NCBI GenBank assembly: GCA_951406725.2
Contig: OX597819.1
Span: forward strand, 930,001 to 994,000
Length of the DNA: 64,000 nucleotides
DNA from: Octopus vulgaris
Taxonomy: Eukaryota
Direction of reading: 5' to 3'
The first letter of the stretch is position 1, and each line of letters starts with the position of its first letter. Below, one piece after another: positions 50,901 through 59,257 of the stretch. Below the pieces are notes generated by a model. That model ran no database searches, had not been told where the DNA came from, and saw only the letters and a program-made list of their open reading frames with translations. Position numbers and translations under genes: made by a program.

Positions 50901-53900
50901 CTCTTTGGATAAGAAAAAATCCCTTTAACCTTTAGCTAACACTTTTTTGCAAAGAATCCTCAGAACAGGTAATAAAATCCCCTTGGGTAAGAAATAAAGA
51001 TTAAAAGTTTGAAAATTCTATCATATAGATATTATTTTAAATTATCTTTAAATTGGTTATACAGTAACAAAAATGTTAAAAAAATTTGCATTAATGTGCC
51101 TACATGTTAATGACATCTACTTAATATTAAGCAGCAAATTCATTTTAAAACAAATTTTGAGTAACAAGTGTAATACAGTAATCTTATGAACAATCTCAGT
51201 TATATTTTGTCACTAAAGAATTAAATGCGTAAAGAAAAAAATAACTTAAATTTTAATAATTATTCAGTCATCTAAAAAGTTAAGAAATAAAAATAAAATT
51301 TTCACAAGGAAATAGAAGTATGAACAGGAAAAAAAAATCAAATAAAAGCAATAAAAAATATAATTGTTATGCATCAAGAAAGACTGCAAGGGAGTGGATC
51401 TGCTTGGAACCATTTTACACCATGCAATATATCTTGTACTATGTGAAAAGTTCTAGAAAAAAGTCAGAAAAAGCAAAATGAATAAGCAAATTCACAAAGA
51501 AAAAGTGCAGAAGTAAATAGACTGAAGACATAATATTGAAAAACCATCTATCATGAATTGATTTCTAGTAATCAATCTCATCCAATAATTCCAAGGAAGT
51601 AAGAATAAAAGCTTGCAACAAAAAAGAGAGTGTGAAATAAAAGGTGTATTTTTTTTAAGGGGGTCTAAGCATAAAGCAAACTATACACAGCATGGCCTTA
51701 AAATAAGGGAGATTTAAGTACCAGATTCGCTTGTGATGACGAGGCAAAAGTTCTCTTCGATGACGAGCTTTTTTACAGTTAACACAGTTACTGAAAAAAA
51801 AAGTAGTTAATCACATCAACTGAATTGTTTAAACTTCTAAACTTTTCATTGAAATAGAGACAGATCAAAAGAAATTAGAATGCTGCTAGTTTATATACTA
51901 AAACCATTTTAAAAGTTTATTAGCTAATTTTAACATAGAATTTAATATCAACATGAACAAAATTAATATTTTTTGCAAGAATCTATCAAGCTGTCATACT
52001 TTTAACATTAAAAAATTATTTGTGATTTATTTTCTATTTATTTCTTTGAATTTCCAAAATTGACAGTAACTGAAAGTATATTCTAAATCGGAATCTTGTC
52101 AGGGCTATCTAGATTACAGGTCATATTTCCAAAATTCATAAAACAGGTGCCAGTTGTTTAACCCCCACATCAACCTTAATCTAGCAGACCTATGATCAAG
52201 CCAATCAAGCTGTAACCAACCAGTCTATTTAGAGATATCTAGAACTTTTTAATTTTAAATTATCCAATGTCTTTCCCTTTCTGAGGTAACATGTGATTTT
52301 AGAGAAGTTGAGTAACTATGAAGAGGCTTCCTTGTTGGTTCAACTAAGTCAGGGCATGTATCAGTAAAAATTGCATCTTTCCTTACAAAATTTAGTTGCA
52401 TAAAAACATAAATATTTATCATCTTATACAAAAATCTACTGTCCCAAATATCTATTAGTTTAGCATTCCAAAATTTCACATCATTTTATAAAAGAATGCA
52501 TATTGTACTTCAAAAATTCTTTTAAATATAAATTGATATAACTAGATAAAAGATATAAACACTTTAAGTAAATAAAACATTTTTTTCCTAGATTAAAATC
52601 TGTACAGAAGAAAGTTTTAAAATCTCATATGTAGTATTAAAAATAAAAATTAGTTAAACTTGAAGTTTTCCACTGAATATATTTTTCAATGATTTACAGT
52701 AATTTTTCCATGCTGCACAACTGAATAATTCATCCCACTGAAATATTTTAGACATATTATTCAATTTGTTAAGATCAGAATAATTTATTTTCCAAAATTA
52801 AAATAGATTTTCAGTGGAGATATTAAAATTTACATATTTTCAATAAGTAAGCAAGTGTTTTAACTATTTAGCTATAATGCATGAACATTTCTCTCATTAG
52901 AAAAATCTTTTAATGAAAGAGCTAAATTGAAATTACACCATAACATATCCTAGAATATTATATTAACTAATCCTAAATCGCTATTCAAAATTACACCATA
53001 TATAAAACTGTTTGTGCTTTATTAATTATCCATCAGTATGAATAATCAAACAATGGCTGTCAATTGTCTAGGTTAGAAAGATATGCAGCTCCCTATATAT
53101 GCTAAGCTCCCACCATGTAGCAGAATTAGGTTAAGCCTGTAACAATAGACAAACTAATCCAATCAAAAGAATAATATTTAATAAATAGGTAAATGAGGAG
53201 ATTTTCTGAAAGAAAATAGATTTTGCTGAGAAAAAAAATTTCTTTTTTTATCTTTACTGTAAATTTTTGTATAACAGGAAATATTTTCTGAGCAAAATTA
53301 TTTTAAAAGCATATACAGGTGAAATCATGTTATAATGAATACCAGTAAAATGATTTCTTGTAATTAAATTTGTTTCAATTCCTGGCCATAAGTCTTTTGA
53401 AACAACACTCAGAAAGAGAGAGAGATTCATAATGACAAATATTTAATAGATTGAAGCAAAAATCAAGCTCCTAGTAACCAAAATTTGTTTTTATACAAAA
53501 ATAAAAAAAAAATCCCCAAAAGCTAAATTTACTTTTGATATGACAATCCTGTTAAATCAGACATTAAAACAATTTAGAATATCAATTTGAACACAGACAA
53601 TTTCAGTTTGAAGGTTAGAAGTCCAGTCATCTTAACAATGAGTCAAACGCTATAATACAGACTTGTGTTAGGTGAGTGCTCTAAATACAAAGTTTTTTGT
53701 ATTTGTGTTGCTATTTGCTAGTGTAGGTTACTGTCCAAAAATAGAAATATTGCAAAACCAAAACACAACAGCCCAATTAACTTTGTTCTTTGCATATGCA
53801 GTCAAAACATGCAAATTTCAACTTTCAGGTCAACATAGGATCAAAATTTATTTATCAATTTATCAAATATTACTAAAAGCAAAAGGATTTCAACTGTGAT

Positions 53901-55101
53901 TATTTGGTCTCCTTTTTATGAAATCAGAAATTCTATTTTTGTTTTCTACATTATAACAACAACAGTTTCTATAAAAAAAAAATAGGATGGTCACAGTTGA
54001 AAAACTGGAAAGAAAAATCTCTTGATTAAAAAAAAAAAGACTGGTCAGTTATGACTGGAATGCTTTTGTTCTTAGTTATGGTTATGGTTGCAAAATCTGA
54101 AAAAATTCTGATCCATTGAAATGAGACAGGATGGTTAATATTTTTTTTTTCATTAAAGTTTGGTAACTTGAATACATTCTAATTCTTTGCTGAGCTAAAT
54201 GTTGAAATTTACATATGTAGGAAATGTGCAAAGAATGAAGCATTGTTGCATTTTGCTTTTTTTTCATTTAACAAACTCATTATAATGAATTTTTTCATAC
54301 TATATCAGTTTCAGTAGAATAGAATTTTACCTATAATTTCAAAATGTTCCTTTGTTGTTTTTGTTCAGCCTCAAGTTAGCCTATGAAGTGCAGACTATTC
54401 AGACCCAAATTATCTAACATATTCTTTTCTTATTGGAGTGTAATATGAGGGTCTGTTTGCTATTTCTGGCAGTTTGTGCAGCTTTGTAGAAACTCTCTCA
54501 CTGGTGACCCATTCTCCTATGTTATCCATCAGTAGGCTCTTTCCTCCAATGAATTTGGTGAAAGCATTGTTCTGAACATCAAAACTTTCAGCTGTGTCTG
54601 ACATGCAAATATCCTATCAAAACTTCCTGTCTATGAGCCCCACTTGTCTCTTAGCTTTCTGTCAGAGTACACTATTGCTATGCTTGCTGATGGAGCTCTT
54701 TCTGACTCTCATCCTATCAAATCTGGAAGTCTACAGAATTTGATTTTGTTCTTACTACCTTCCTTCTATACATTGGTAACTTACCTGCTGTCACAACTAA
54801 AGTGATTTGAGGTGGTGGGTTGTACCTGGAGCTAAAGGCTCTGCTGCAATGTCTCCTTAATCAAATGTCATAATTAGGAAGAAGAGAAGAATAGCATAGT
54901 ACAGGTGGTGGTAGGAGAGGGAATTATTGAGTGTGAACAGATCAAACATTTTCTCTATGTTCACAGGTGGTACATGGTACAGTGAATAGAAGTAGTGACA
55001 GAGAGATGAGAAAGGTATTGGTTAAGCAAGAAAGACAGCAAATAGTGACTTAGAAGATACTAATAAGTGAAAACCTAAAAGCAGAGATGAATATATATGT
55101 G

Positions 55102-55136
<35 letters not shown>

Positions 55137-58100
55137 TAGTTTCCATTAATTCATTTCCAACTCTATTTCAACACAACTCTATGTCAAGCTTGCATGGGTG
55201 GTTCTGTTTGCTTCAGCACTGCATACCATAAACTGACATAGTCTTTTACCATCTCCTTCATGGGATCAGTCTTCAACACTTCATCCCAAGTCTTCTTGGG
55301 TCTCACTTTTCCACAGATTTCATGGACTTTCAGCTTTCTGCACTCTCCTTACACACCTGTCACTCTATACATGCATGTTTGTACAAGTACAGTCTCAAGC
55401 ACACACTATTTTTTTCTTGTACTCAGTTTTTTTCTCAGATAATTTGTACTCTAAAGTTCATGCACACTGATATCAGATACTCAGCAAAGCATGCCTATTT
55501 CATGTCTTTCAAGTTTTTACAAGTCTTCTGTATTCAATACTCAAGTTTCACTTATAAAGCTTTGCATTTTGCACACAAACTTTGAGGGAGAAACCTTTTG
55601 TTGCCAGCATAGGTAATAGCTTCCTTAATTTCTTTTGCCTTGTTCTTATTCTGGCTACATTTTCTGAATGGCCAACCTGCTGGCTAATTTGATCCTTTAA
55701 GAAACAAAAGTTATCAATTACTATAAGGGGGGGGGGCATCTGGACATTTGAAAAACATTATTACTCAAATTCTCTCAATATTGAGTATAGTAATTCCTTT
55801 TATTGTATCAGGTCCTGTCTTCCATTGAACTTACTAAAAGATTTTTGTTCTTACTTTAAAGCCCTTCAATATAATTTTCTGTTTCTATTTCTAAAAATCC
55901 TGTTCCAAATTTTTACAGTCTGTTATAAAAGCATTATCATATAGGAGATAGCTAGAACTGAGCTTATGAACTACCAGCATGCTAAATTAATCATTAAGCT
56001 CATTGCTCACAACACCCCTATACATGGCTTGTACAGCTCTCACAAGCCAATCATGATATCACAAGATATCAGAAAAGGGGCACTTAACTGAGGATATACA
56101 AGGGCTGCAAAGAAATGATATAAGCATGCTCTACTGGTTGTTTAATATTGGTGTGCATGAGCAATGGAACAAAATTAAGCTGAGGTGAAAAACTAGGAAT
56201 CTGATGTATGTATGAGAGCAGACAGAGCTGATATGGATGTGATGTATATAGTGTATAAAGACAGTTGAATAAAGAAGATATCCAAGTGGAAGGAGTTTGC
56301 AGAAAAGAAAGCTGGTGAAGCCATGAGAAGTGGTGGTGAAAACTGACCTCAAGAGACTGAGCCTTATAAAGGAGATGACAAAAAATAACAAATGGTATGA
56401 TGCAGTGTCAGAGGAAGCTCCTTCAACCCACACAAGCAAGCATGGACATATATACACACATACACACTTTCTATGAAACTCTTTGCTACGAATAAATTAA
56501 TATTAACATTGTGGAAAAGAAAAAAAGAAAATAGAATAAATAAAGAGAAAACAAAAAAAATGTAGAGAATGAAAATTTATTGACAGCTATGCCAAATTTA
56601 GCAGACATAACCATTAACTCGCTGGAAGAAAATAAATTGAAGTGGTGTTCACAGTATTTTTAGTCTACTGCATGTGACCTTTATCATTACTTCTTCAAAA
56701 GCAAATTATTCTGGAAAAAGAAAACTAAATTTTACAGGAGTGATTGAATATACTATTAGGATTCCTATGAAGTAAATTAAATTCCTACTTATTTTAAATT
56801 AGTCTACACTATGTGACCATTCTGTAAGCAAAGAGTGAAGAATAAACATTCTAGCTTCTCATATCAAAAGATTTCAATTGAGTTTTATGTTATTCTGTAT
56901 TAAAAATCCATATTAATTCAAAATGAAAATCAAAATGGTAAATTCAAATTCTTACATATGTCCTCTAGTGTGAGATGGGATGTCGGCTTCTGATTGAGAC
57001 TCTAACTCTTCTCCTTCACCAAAATCTTCATAGTTATCTTCATCAGTTATGTCATGACGACTAAAATATACATTAAAAGAATTGCATCAAAATTTGAATT
57101 TAGCCTTCATTAAAATCCTAATTTAATTTGGTATTCTGTAATACAATATTCAACCAATTTATAAATAACAGTATTATCAAATTTGATCTCATGATACAAT
57201 AAATTACTGCCATATTGATCATTTCAATAAGTTACTAGTTCATGTTGCATAAAACTTCTGACAGCATTTTTTTTTCTTTCTTCTCGATATCAGAAGAAAT
57301 ACATAAAATCTAACAACCTGATTAATAGATGTCTTAGGAAAAAAACAATTATGCACAAATAAAAGATCAATAAACAGCTTTTGTCATCAACTACTGAAAA
57401 TAAATTAGTTCACTATTTGAACAACTTATCCAAGCTAGAACTTGTCTCATAATGGATTATACAAAACTTTGGAAATATAATTACAATATTACTAAACTTT
57501 TTTATCAAGTTATGTAAATCGTGTAAAATAACTAAATTCTTATGACTATTACAATTGGCAGAATTGCTAGCACTGGACAAAATACTTTGCAATATTTAGT
57601 TACATCCATTCTGAGTTCAATTCCTGCCAGAGTGCATTCTAACTTCCCTTCCTCTCAGGTTTATAAAATAAGCACCAATCAAGAAATGGTGTTGATTTAA
57701 TAGACTGTATCCACTCCTCCAACAATTGTGTAGTCAAAAATAGTGTAATCGTTATTGTAGCAAGTATTGTAATACAGCAGAGAGTTTGCAGTCAGGTTTA
57801 ATTCTCATTGATGTACTACACGTTAATGCGCAGTTGAAACTAGAGGTCGTGTGTATGCTAATGCTCAAAAGTGAACATCCAACATTTTTGCTATTCCAAA
57901 TTTTGTATAACACTAATATATTTTAAGATAAATTTGGATTCTTCATCAGCACTTCACTAAATACACAAACACTTAAGAAATGAACCAAAGAGGAGGAGCC
58001 TATAAATGGTTGCATGACCCACTTGAAATAGCAGTCACATTTTCCTCAAATTACATCCTATTATAGACACACTGGATAATGAATTCTAAGATTCAGAGCT

Positions 58101-59257
58101 GAGAAAAAAAAAAGAAAAAAAAAGATGAGATCACAGTTGGAACGCCCTTGATCACAGGTCTGTTCAGTGGCAGTTCACAACAGAGAGGAATGAATTATTT
58201 GATAACGATTGGTTTTATCTTCTTTCCTAATAAATCTGACAAAATAAGTACCTGTTATATATTGGTTCACAATCTAAAACTACTCTTTCTACAAAAGAAA
58301 ACAAAATCGTATGATTTAATAAGAGGGAAAGATAGCAGACATTAGACTTTAGTAGTGTCTCTGAGACTGAAAGAGAAAACGGAAGATACCTCAACCCACA
58401 GATTATCCTCAGACTAGAGACCTGGTGAAAACACTTACAATAGAGCAAACTTCACTAAAGGCACCCAAGATAGCTTTTAAAATGTCTACAGTGTACTTTG
58501 TCATGGTATGGATAGCTGTAAACAACTTAGAGTTGCTAAAGATATCTTCTTAAAAATAATCCTACTGACAATAATCAAAATCGTCACTGATAAAGCAGTT
58601 ATACCTGTAAATACAACTAACAGGTTAAGCAGAAGTTTTGCTTTCTAGTTCTGTACTCTAAATTCAGTAGTGTTCACCCTGGTTATTTAGAATAAGCACA
58701 CCATACCCCAGTATATCATAAGAGCAGATTAAATCAGTTAGTATTAGGAAGTGCATTTAGCTGTTAAAAACTCCGAGAGAGAGTCCCAACTCATGTTAGC
58801 AAGGGGCAGGAGCTTTATAATTGTCCTTCTATGCCAGCATGAAAAGACAGGGAGGAAAAACGATGTTCATTAATATAATGTGCATCACAACTGGTAATGG
58901 CCATCAGCATTAAGTCCATTCCCTTCAACACTCAAAAACTTAGATATGAAAAATAATTTAAAATTACTTGCATAACAGAATTGAATTCAAATGTAAACAA
59001 GTGATACTCAAAAGTTTATAACATTTAAAAGAGAAAAAATAATCAGAATTCATTTACCTATTTTCAGTTACTTCAGATGATCGGCCGCTGATAAAACTAT
59101 CTCTGTCATCTTCTGAAGCCACTTGTAATTGTACATCAAAACTGCCAACAGGAGTTGGAAAAAATTCAGTATTCAGTGAAGTGCATGCATCTTCATCTGT
59201 ATTGATATCATATTCAGCATAAGTATTTGTACTGGTCTCTGAAGATTCAGCGTTTTT
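159..59257 (-). CDS. RAB11FIP4: Rab11 family-interacting protein 3/4 (nuclear fallout-like), spliced gene, 5'-partial; 13 coding exons in window
   Basis: Exons 59058-59257, 56956-57060, 51722-51790, 40147-40182, 36999-37101, 35949-36052, 26315-26405, 22290-22339, 19101-19182, 17707-17844, 15995-16138, 2164-2304 and 159-275 all have AG/GT ends and matching phases, giving 1380 nt in one frame. Motifs YEDFGEG, KRLSSAAYASQL, VHILEEQLRE, SLADEID and RLKKYVDKIILKILEKNQSLLEI match FIP3/FIP4/Nuf as I recall them. FIP3 versus FIP4 cannot be resolved; it is probably a co-ortholog. Confidence 0.92.
371..588 (-). mobile_element. tRNA-derived SINE, family A (central motif AAGGTCAGCTTTGCCCTTCATCCTTTC...AAAATAAGTACC)
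   Basis: The same ~210-bp sequence recurs many times in the window; box-B-like GAGTTCA(A/G)ATTCC in the head. The central part resembles the Meta SINE domain as recalled. Confidence 0.8.
783..1609 (+). mobile_element. Internally deleted Tc1/mariner element (DD37D/maT-like) with transposase remnant
   Basis: TA at 781-782 and 1610-1611; imperfect TIRs CAGGATGCGATTGGTAAATTG / CAGGGTGCAGTGAATAAACTG. Remnant MVFGVITSDGDVMPPFIFP...YIKCLEEVVLPWV and PNSPDCNPLDYYVWG, with stops and deletions. Confidence 0.85.
1658..1968 (+). mobile_element. tRNA-derived SINE, family B (CORE-like TGTGTCCTTGAGCAAGACACTT)
   Basis: tRNA-like head with GAGTTCGATTC box B; head and core shared with copies at 43963 and 62599. 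Confidence 0.8.
2164..2304 (-). CDS. RAB11FIP4: Coding exon ENRTLRDSNDDLNVQLLNRCMEEGRRLLKYNGAISLADEIDNLSKEE
   Basis: tttag acceptor, GTATG donor, 141 nt, phase 0-0; resembles FIP4 ENYKLRDQNDDLNGQ...SLAAEID. Confidence 0.95.
3195..3327 (+). repeat. Dispersed repeat of unknown class (GATTTGAGAGAGATTTGG...TAGCAG...CACATAGAGGCTCC)
   Basis: Related copies near 7030-7212, 33063-33155, 52150-52345 and 54355-54470 (+), and 5275-5350, 53960-54080 and 57985-58170 (-). Confidence 0.65.
3400..4130 (-). mobile_element. Decayed RTE-type LINE fragment (post-RT Cys-rich region)
   Basis: Translation CAVCRKCFGPTGWVYQKC...KCKVC followed by a YLG-containing segment; frameshifted. Confidence 0.6.
4300..4660 (+). 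mobile_element. Decayed RTE-like LINE 3' end
   Basis: CCCAAAGGTAGACCAAGGACAATAAGGTTGGATAATATC encodes PKGRPRTIRLDNI, like the C-terminal GRP motif of RTE elements. Confidence 0.5.
5800..6700 (+). mobile_element. Head-to-tail array of about 5 family A SINE copies joined by (ATT)n tails
   Basis: Units start near 5808, 5972, 6182, 6404 (partial) and 6508; repeated TTCTGAGTTCAAAT, TTTCATC...GATAAAATAAG and GGCCTTGTG blocks. Confidence 0.8.
9635..9679. repeat. (TA)n microsatellite
   Basis: Direct reading; similar tracts at about 15592-15617, 19271-19307, 28014-28068, 33374-33430, 47890-47955 and 55105-55133. Confidence 0.95.
10530..10748. repeat. Degenerate ~29-bp minisatellite, about 8 units
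   Basis: Units such as ACTCCCACAGAATACTCATTCAACACAAT, ACTCTCATAGAACTCTCATTGACAACAAT and ACTCCTATAAAACATTCGTTCAACACAAT. Confidence 0.7.
11494..11700 (-). mobile_element. RTE-tailed retroposon 3' end (CATCATCATTTAAC...GGCTGGATGCCCTT)
   Basis: (GAT)n tail on the minus strand; related pieces near 25765, 36467-36612 and 63920-64000 (-) and 15620-15831 (+). Confidence 0.65.
12110..12293 (-). mobile_element. Family A SINE
   Basis: Aligns by eye with 371-588. Further minus copies at about 17425-17660, 30673-30832, 38950-39146 and 61370-61501; plus copies at about 57555-57725 and 63185-63426. Confidence 0.8.
14510..15430 (+). mobile_element. Decayed RTE LINE (endonuclease remnant plus downstream fragments)
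   Basis: RWRGASAKFL...KFFWV...VIKVVRICERII...KEKDHFY reads as an RTE AP-endonuclease; many stops and deletions. Confidence 0.6.
15995..16138 (-). CDS. RAB11FIP4: Coding exon LLDELGKELKELRQYKIETEHIRQTQKNALELPDKCRELEEEIKKLQE
   Basis: ttcag acceptor, GTTAGT donor, 144 nt, phase 0-0; coiled coil. Confidence 0.93.
17707..17844 (-). CDS. RAB11FIP4: Coding exon EKLELHDKLTETQYSYATLLEDNEKQQAEMATQSNNFEHERKATAQ
   Basis: tatag acceptor, GTAGAA donor, 138 nt, phase 0-0; ends like FIP4 FQKEREATQE. Confidence 0.92.
19101..19182 (-). CDS. RAB11FIP4: Coding exon (R)LQDVDRHYETTKEEATRLRNEVEKLKS
   Basis: tgcag acceptor, GTATGG donor, 82 nt, phase 2-0. Confidence 0.92.
19359..19857 (+). mobile_element. Internally deleted Tc1/mariner-superfamily element (~500 bp)
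   Basis: TA at 19357-58 and 19858-59; ~38-bp TIRs CAGGGTGT(T/C)CCAGAATTAAC(T/C)AT(T/C)TATTTCA; transposase C-terminal remnant ECIQLAVQEITPEML...FEICRNIDGEHVENFH*. Confidence 0.85.
20265..21400 (-). mobile_element. Array of about 7 family A SINE copies or fragments separated by (AAT)n
   Basis: Repeated TTTCAAATTT(T/A)GGCACAAG, GGATGAAAGG..AAGTTGACC and GAATTTGAACT blocks. Confidence 0.8.
21732..22109 (-). mobile_element. Non-autonomous Helitron
   Basis: On the minus strand it ends CCCGAGCAACGCCGGG (hairpin) TGATACTG CTAG and sits between A and T with no TSD. The 5' end reads TTTTTATATAT (canonical TC appears mutated). Internal ~85-bp tandem duplication. Confidence 0.8.
22290..22339 (-). CDS. 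RAB11FIP4: Coding exon GRHDRDKAEQLIYLSH(R)
   Basis: tctag acceptor, GTCAGT donor, 50 nt, phase 0-2; fits both neighbours. Confidence 0.9.
23712..23931. mobile_element. piggyBac-type MITE (220 bp)
   Basis: TTAA at 23708-11 and 23932-35; perfect 12-bp TIR CCCTTTAGCATT / AATGCTAAAGGG. Confidence 0.88.
26315..26405 (-). CDS. RAB11FIP4: Coding exon (K)VHILEEQLREMEIRSDEQVKVEQKKHKEYV
   Basis: ggcag acceptor, GTGTGT donor, 91 nt, phase 2-0; resembles Nuf YHMLEEQYRESELRAEE. Confidence 0.93.
27070..27217 (-). mobile_element. tRNA-derived SINE, family C, 5' part
   Basis: Matches 43555-43715; weaker copies near 5370-5500 (+) and 8280-8420 (-). Confidence 0.7.
29141..29200. repeat. Perfect tandem repeat (CCACATGATGGCATT)x4
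   Basis: Direct reading. Confidence 0.95.
34680..34892 (-). mobile_element. Decayed family B SINE
   Basis: Reverse complement carries TGTGTTTTTGAGCAAAGCACTT and TTGCTCCAAGTCCACTCAG, as in 1658-1968. Confidence 0.65.
35949..36052 (-). CDS. RAB11FIP4: Coding exon VRSLEKQISLLTESQMKNDDKHQRLKEENCSLIQ(K)
   Basis: tctag acceptor, GTAAGT donor, 104 nt, phase 0-2; resembles FIP4 KLKQENTQLVHR. Confidence 0.93.
36243..36755 (-). mobile_element. Family C SINE interrupted by an RTE-tailed insert (36467-36612)
   Basis: Both flanks align with the uninterrupted copy at 43350-43715; the insert lies in the internal (CA)n tract. Confidence 0.7.
36999..37101 (-). CDS. RAB11FIP4: Coding exon (S)QLQRASRSPSRRNSIGSDELIDDIDGNFEVLNDK
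   Basis: tctag acceptor, GTAAGT donor, 103 nt, phase 2-0. Confidence 0.92.
39300..39900 (+). mobile_element. Highly decayed LINE endonuclease remnant
   Basis: IIMTDFNG (GDFN-like motif) and SQLIRD segment; very degenerate. Confidence 0.35.
40147..40182 (-). CDS. RAB11FIP4: 36-nt coding microexon PNKRLSSAAYA(S)
   Basis: ttctttatag acceptor, CAG|GTAAAT donor, phase 2-2; resembles FIP4 PNRKISSTAFGR. Confidence 0.88.
40642..41932 (+). mobile_element. Full-length mariner transposon (1291 bp, DD34D, irritans/Hsmar2-like)
   Basis: TA TSD at 40640-41 and 41933-34; 37-bp TIRs with 3 mismatches (CGAGRGRCGTTCAATAAGTAATGCCYCTGACCCACTT). Confidence 0.96.
40809..41859 (+). pseudogene. Mariner transposase pseudogene
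   Basis: MEPVECRAVIRFLYLKG..., WIPRLL, ITQDETWVH, LLQDNAPVH, HPPYFPDLAPSD; frameshifts near 41000 and 41632 and an in-frame TAA at 41237-41239. Confidence 0.94.
43350..43715 (-). mobile_element. Complete family C tRNA-derived SINE
   Basis: Head GGTGCAGGTGTGGCTATGTGGTAAGAAG...GGTTCAGTC, CORE-like CACCTTGGACAAGTGTCTTC, internal (TG)n, 3' end GAAACAAGTAAAAAG. Confidence 0.8.
43963..44290 (+). mobile_element. Family B tRNA-derived SINE
   Basis: Box A TGGCTCAGTGG, box B GATCGATTCC; colinear with 62599-62934 over about 320 bp. Confidence 0.85.
44290..45080 (-). mobile_element. Array of about 4 family A SINE copies
   Basis: Repeated GAAGGCAAAG.TGAC, GATTTGAA and GCTCTAA.AATT blocks with (TAG/TAA)n spacers. 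Confidence 0.75.
45400..46100 (+). mobile_element. Decayed CR1/L2/Jockey-group LINE RT fragment
   Basis: AAAGCCTTTGATCATATTTGGCATGCAAATCTA encodes KAFDHIWHANL (RT motif). Confidence 0.5.
47340..47710 (+). mobile_element. Decayed RTE LINE fragment (start of RT)
   Basis: IKGMEKRKDTGQSGIVAEMLQVSGEV...DWCRSIIV resembles the KAPGPSGIVAEML...DW motif. Confidence 0.65.
49417..49562. mobile_element. Possible decayed hAT (Charlie-like) MITE
   Basis: Imperfect TIRs CAGGCACGAGTAAC / CAATCATGAGTAAAC; subterminal GGGCTGCAGTTT; TSD not clean. Confidence 0.35.
50011..50226. mobile_element. Decayed piggyBac-type MITE
   Basis: TTAG-CCATTTTGAAAC left end and GGTAACAAATGGG-TTAA right end. Confidence 0.6.
51722..51790 (-). 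CDS. RAB11FIP4: 69-nt candidate cassette exon NCVNCKKARHRRELLPRHHKRI(W)
   Basis: Poly-T tract plus cag acceptor, TG|GTACTT donor (weak), phase 2-2, open frame, CpG-rich relative to the intron; no recalled homology. Confidence 0.62.
54480..54800 (+). mobile_element. Decayed CR1/Jockey-group LINE RT fragment
   Basis: HANILSKLP...DGALSDSHPIKSG resembles the RT segment preceding GVPQG. Confidence 0.5.
55200..56000 (-). mobile_element. Decayed RTE LINE 3' region
   Basis: VIDNFCFLKDQIS...ARIRTRQKKLRKLLPMLATKGFSLKV resembles the RTE FCYLGD...WRKFRELLPLL region. Confidence 0.7.
56110..56450 (+). mobile_element. RTE LINE 3' end, opposite orientation to the preceding fragment
   Basis: Same terminal sequence as 15620-15831 (AAGGAG.ATGACAAA.AA...AAATGGTATGA.GC.GT...GCAAGCATGGA). 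Confidence 0.65.
56956..57060 (-). CDS. RAB11FIP4: Coding exon RHDITDEDNYEDFGEGEELESQSEADIPSHTRGH
   Basis: tttag acceptor, GTAAGA donor, 105 nt, phase 2-2; YEDFGEG resembles FEDYGEG of FIP3/4. Confidence 0.9.
59058..59257 (-). CDS. RAB11FIP4: Coding exon KNAESSETSTNTYAEYDINTDEDACTSLNTEFFPTPVGSFDVQLQVASEDDRDSFISGRSSEVTEN(S)
   Basis: tttag acceptor, AG|GTAAAT donor, 200 nt, phase 0-2; acidic/Ser-rich open frame. Confidence 0.86.
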
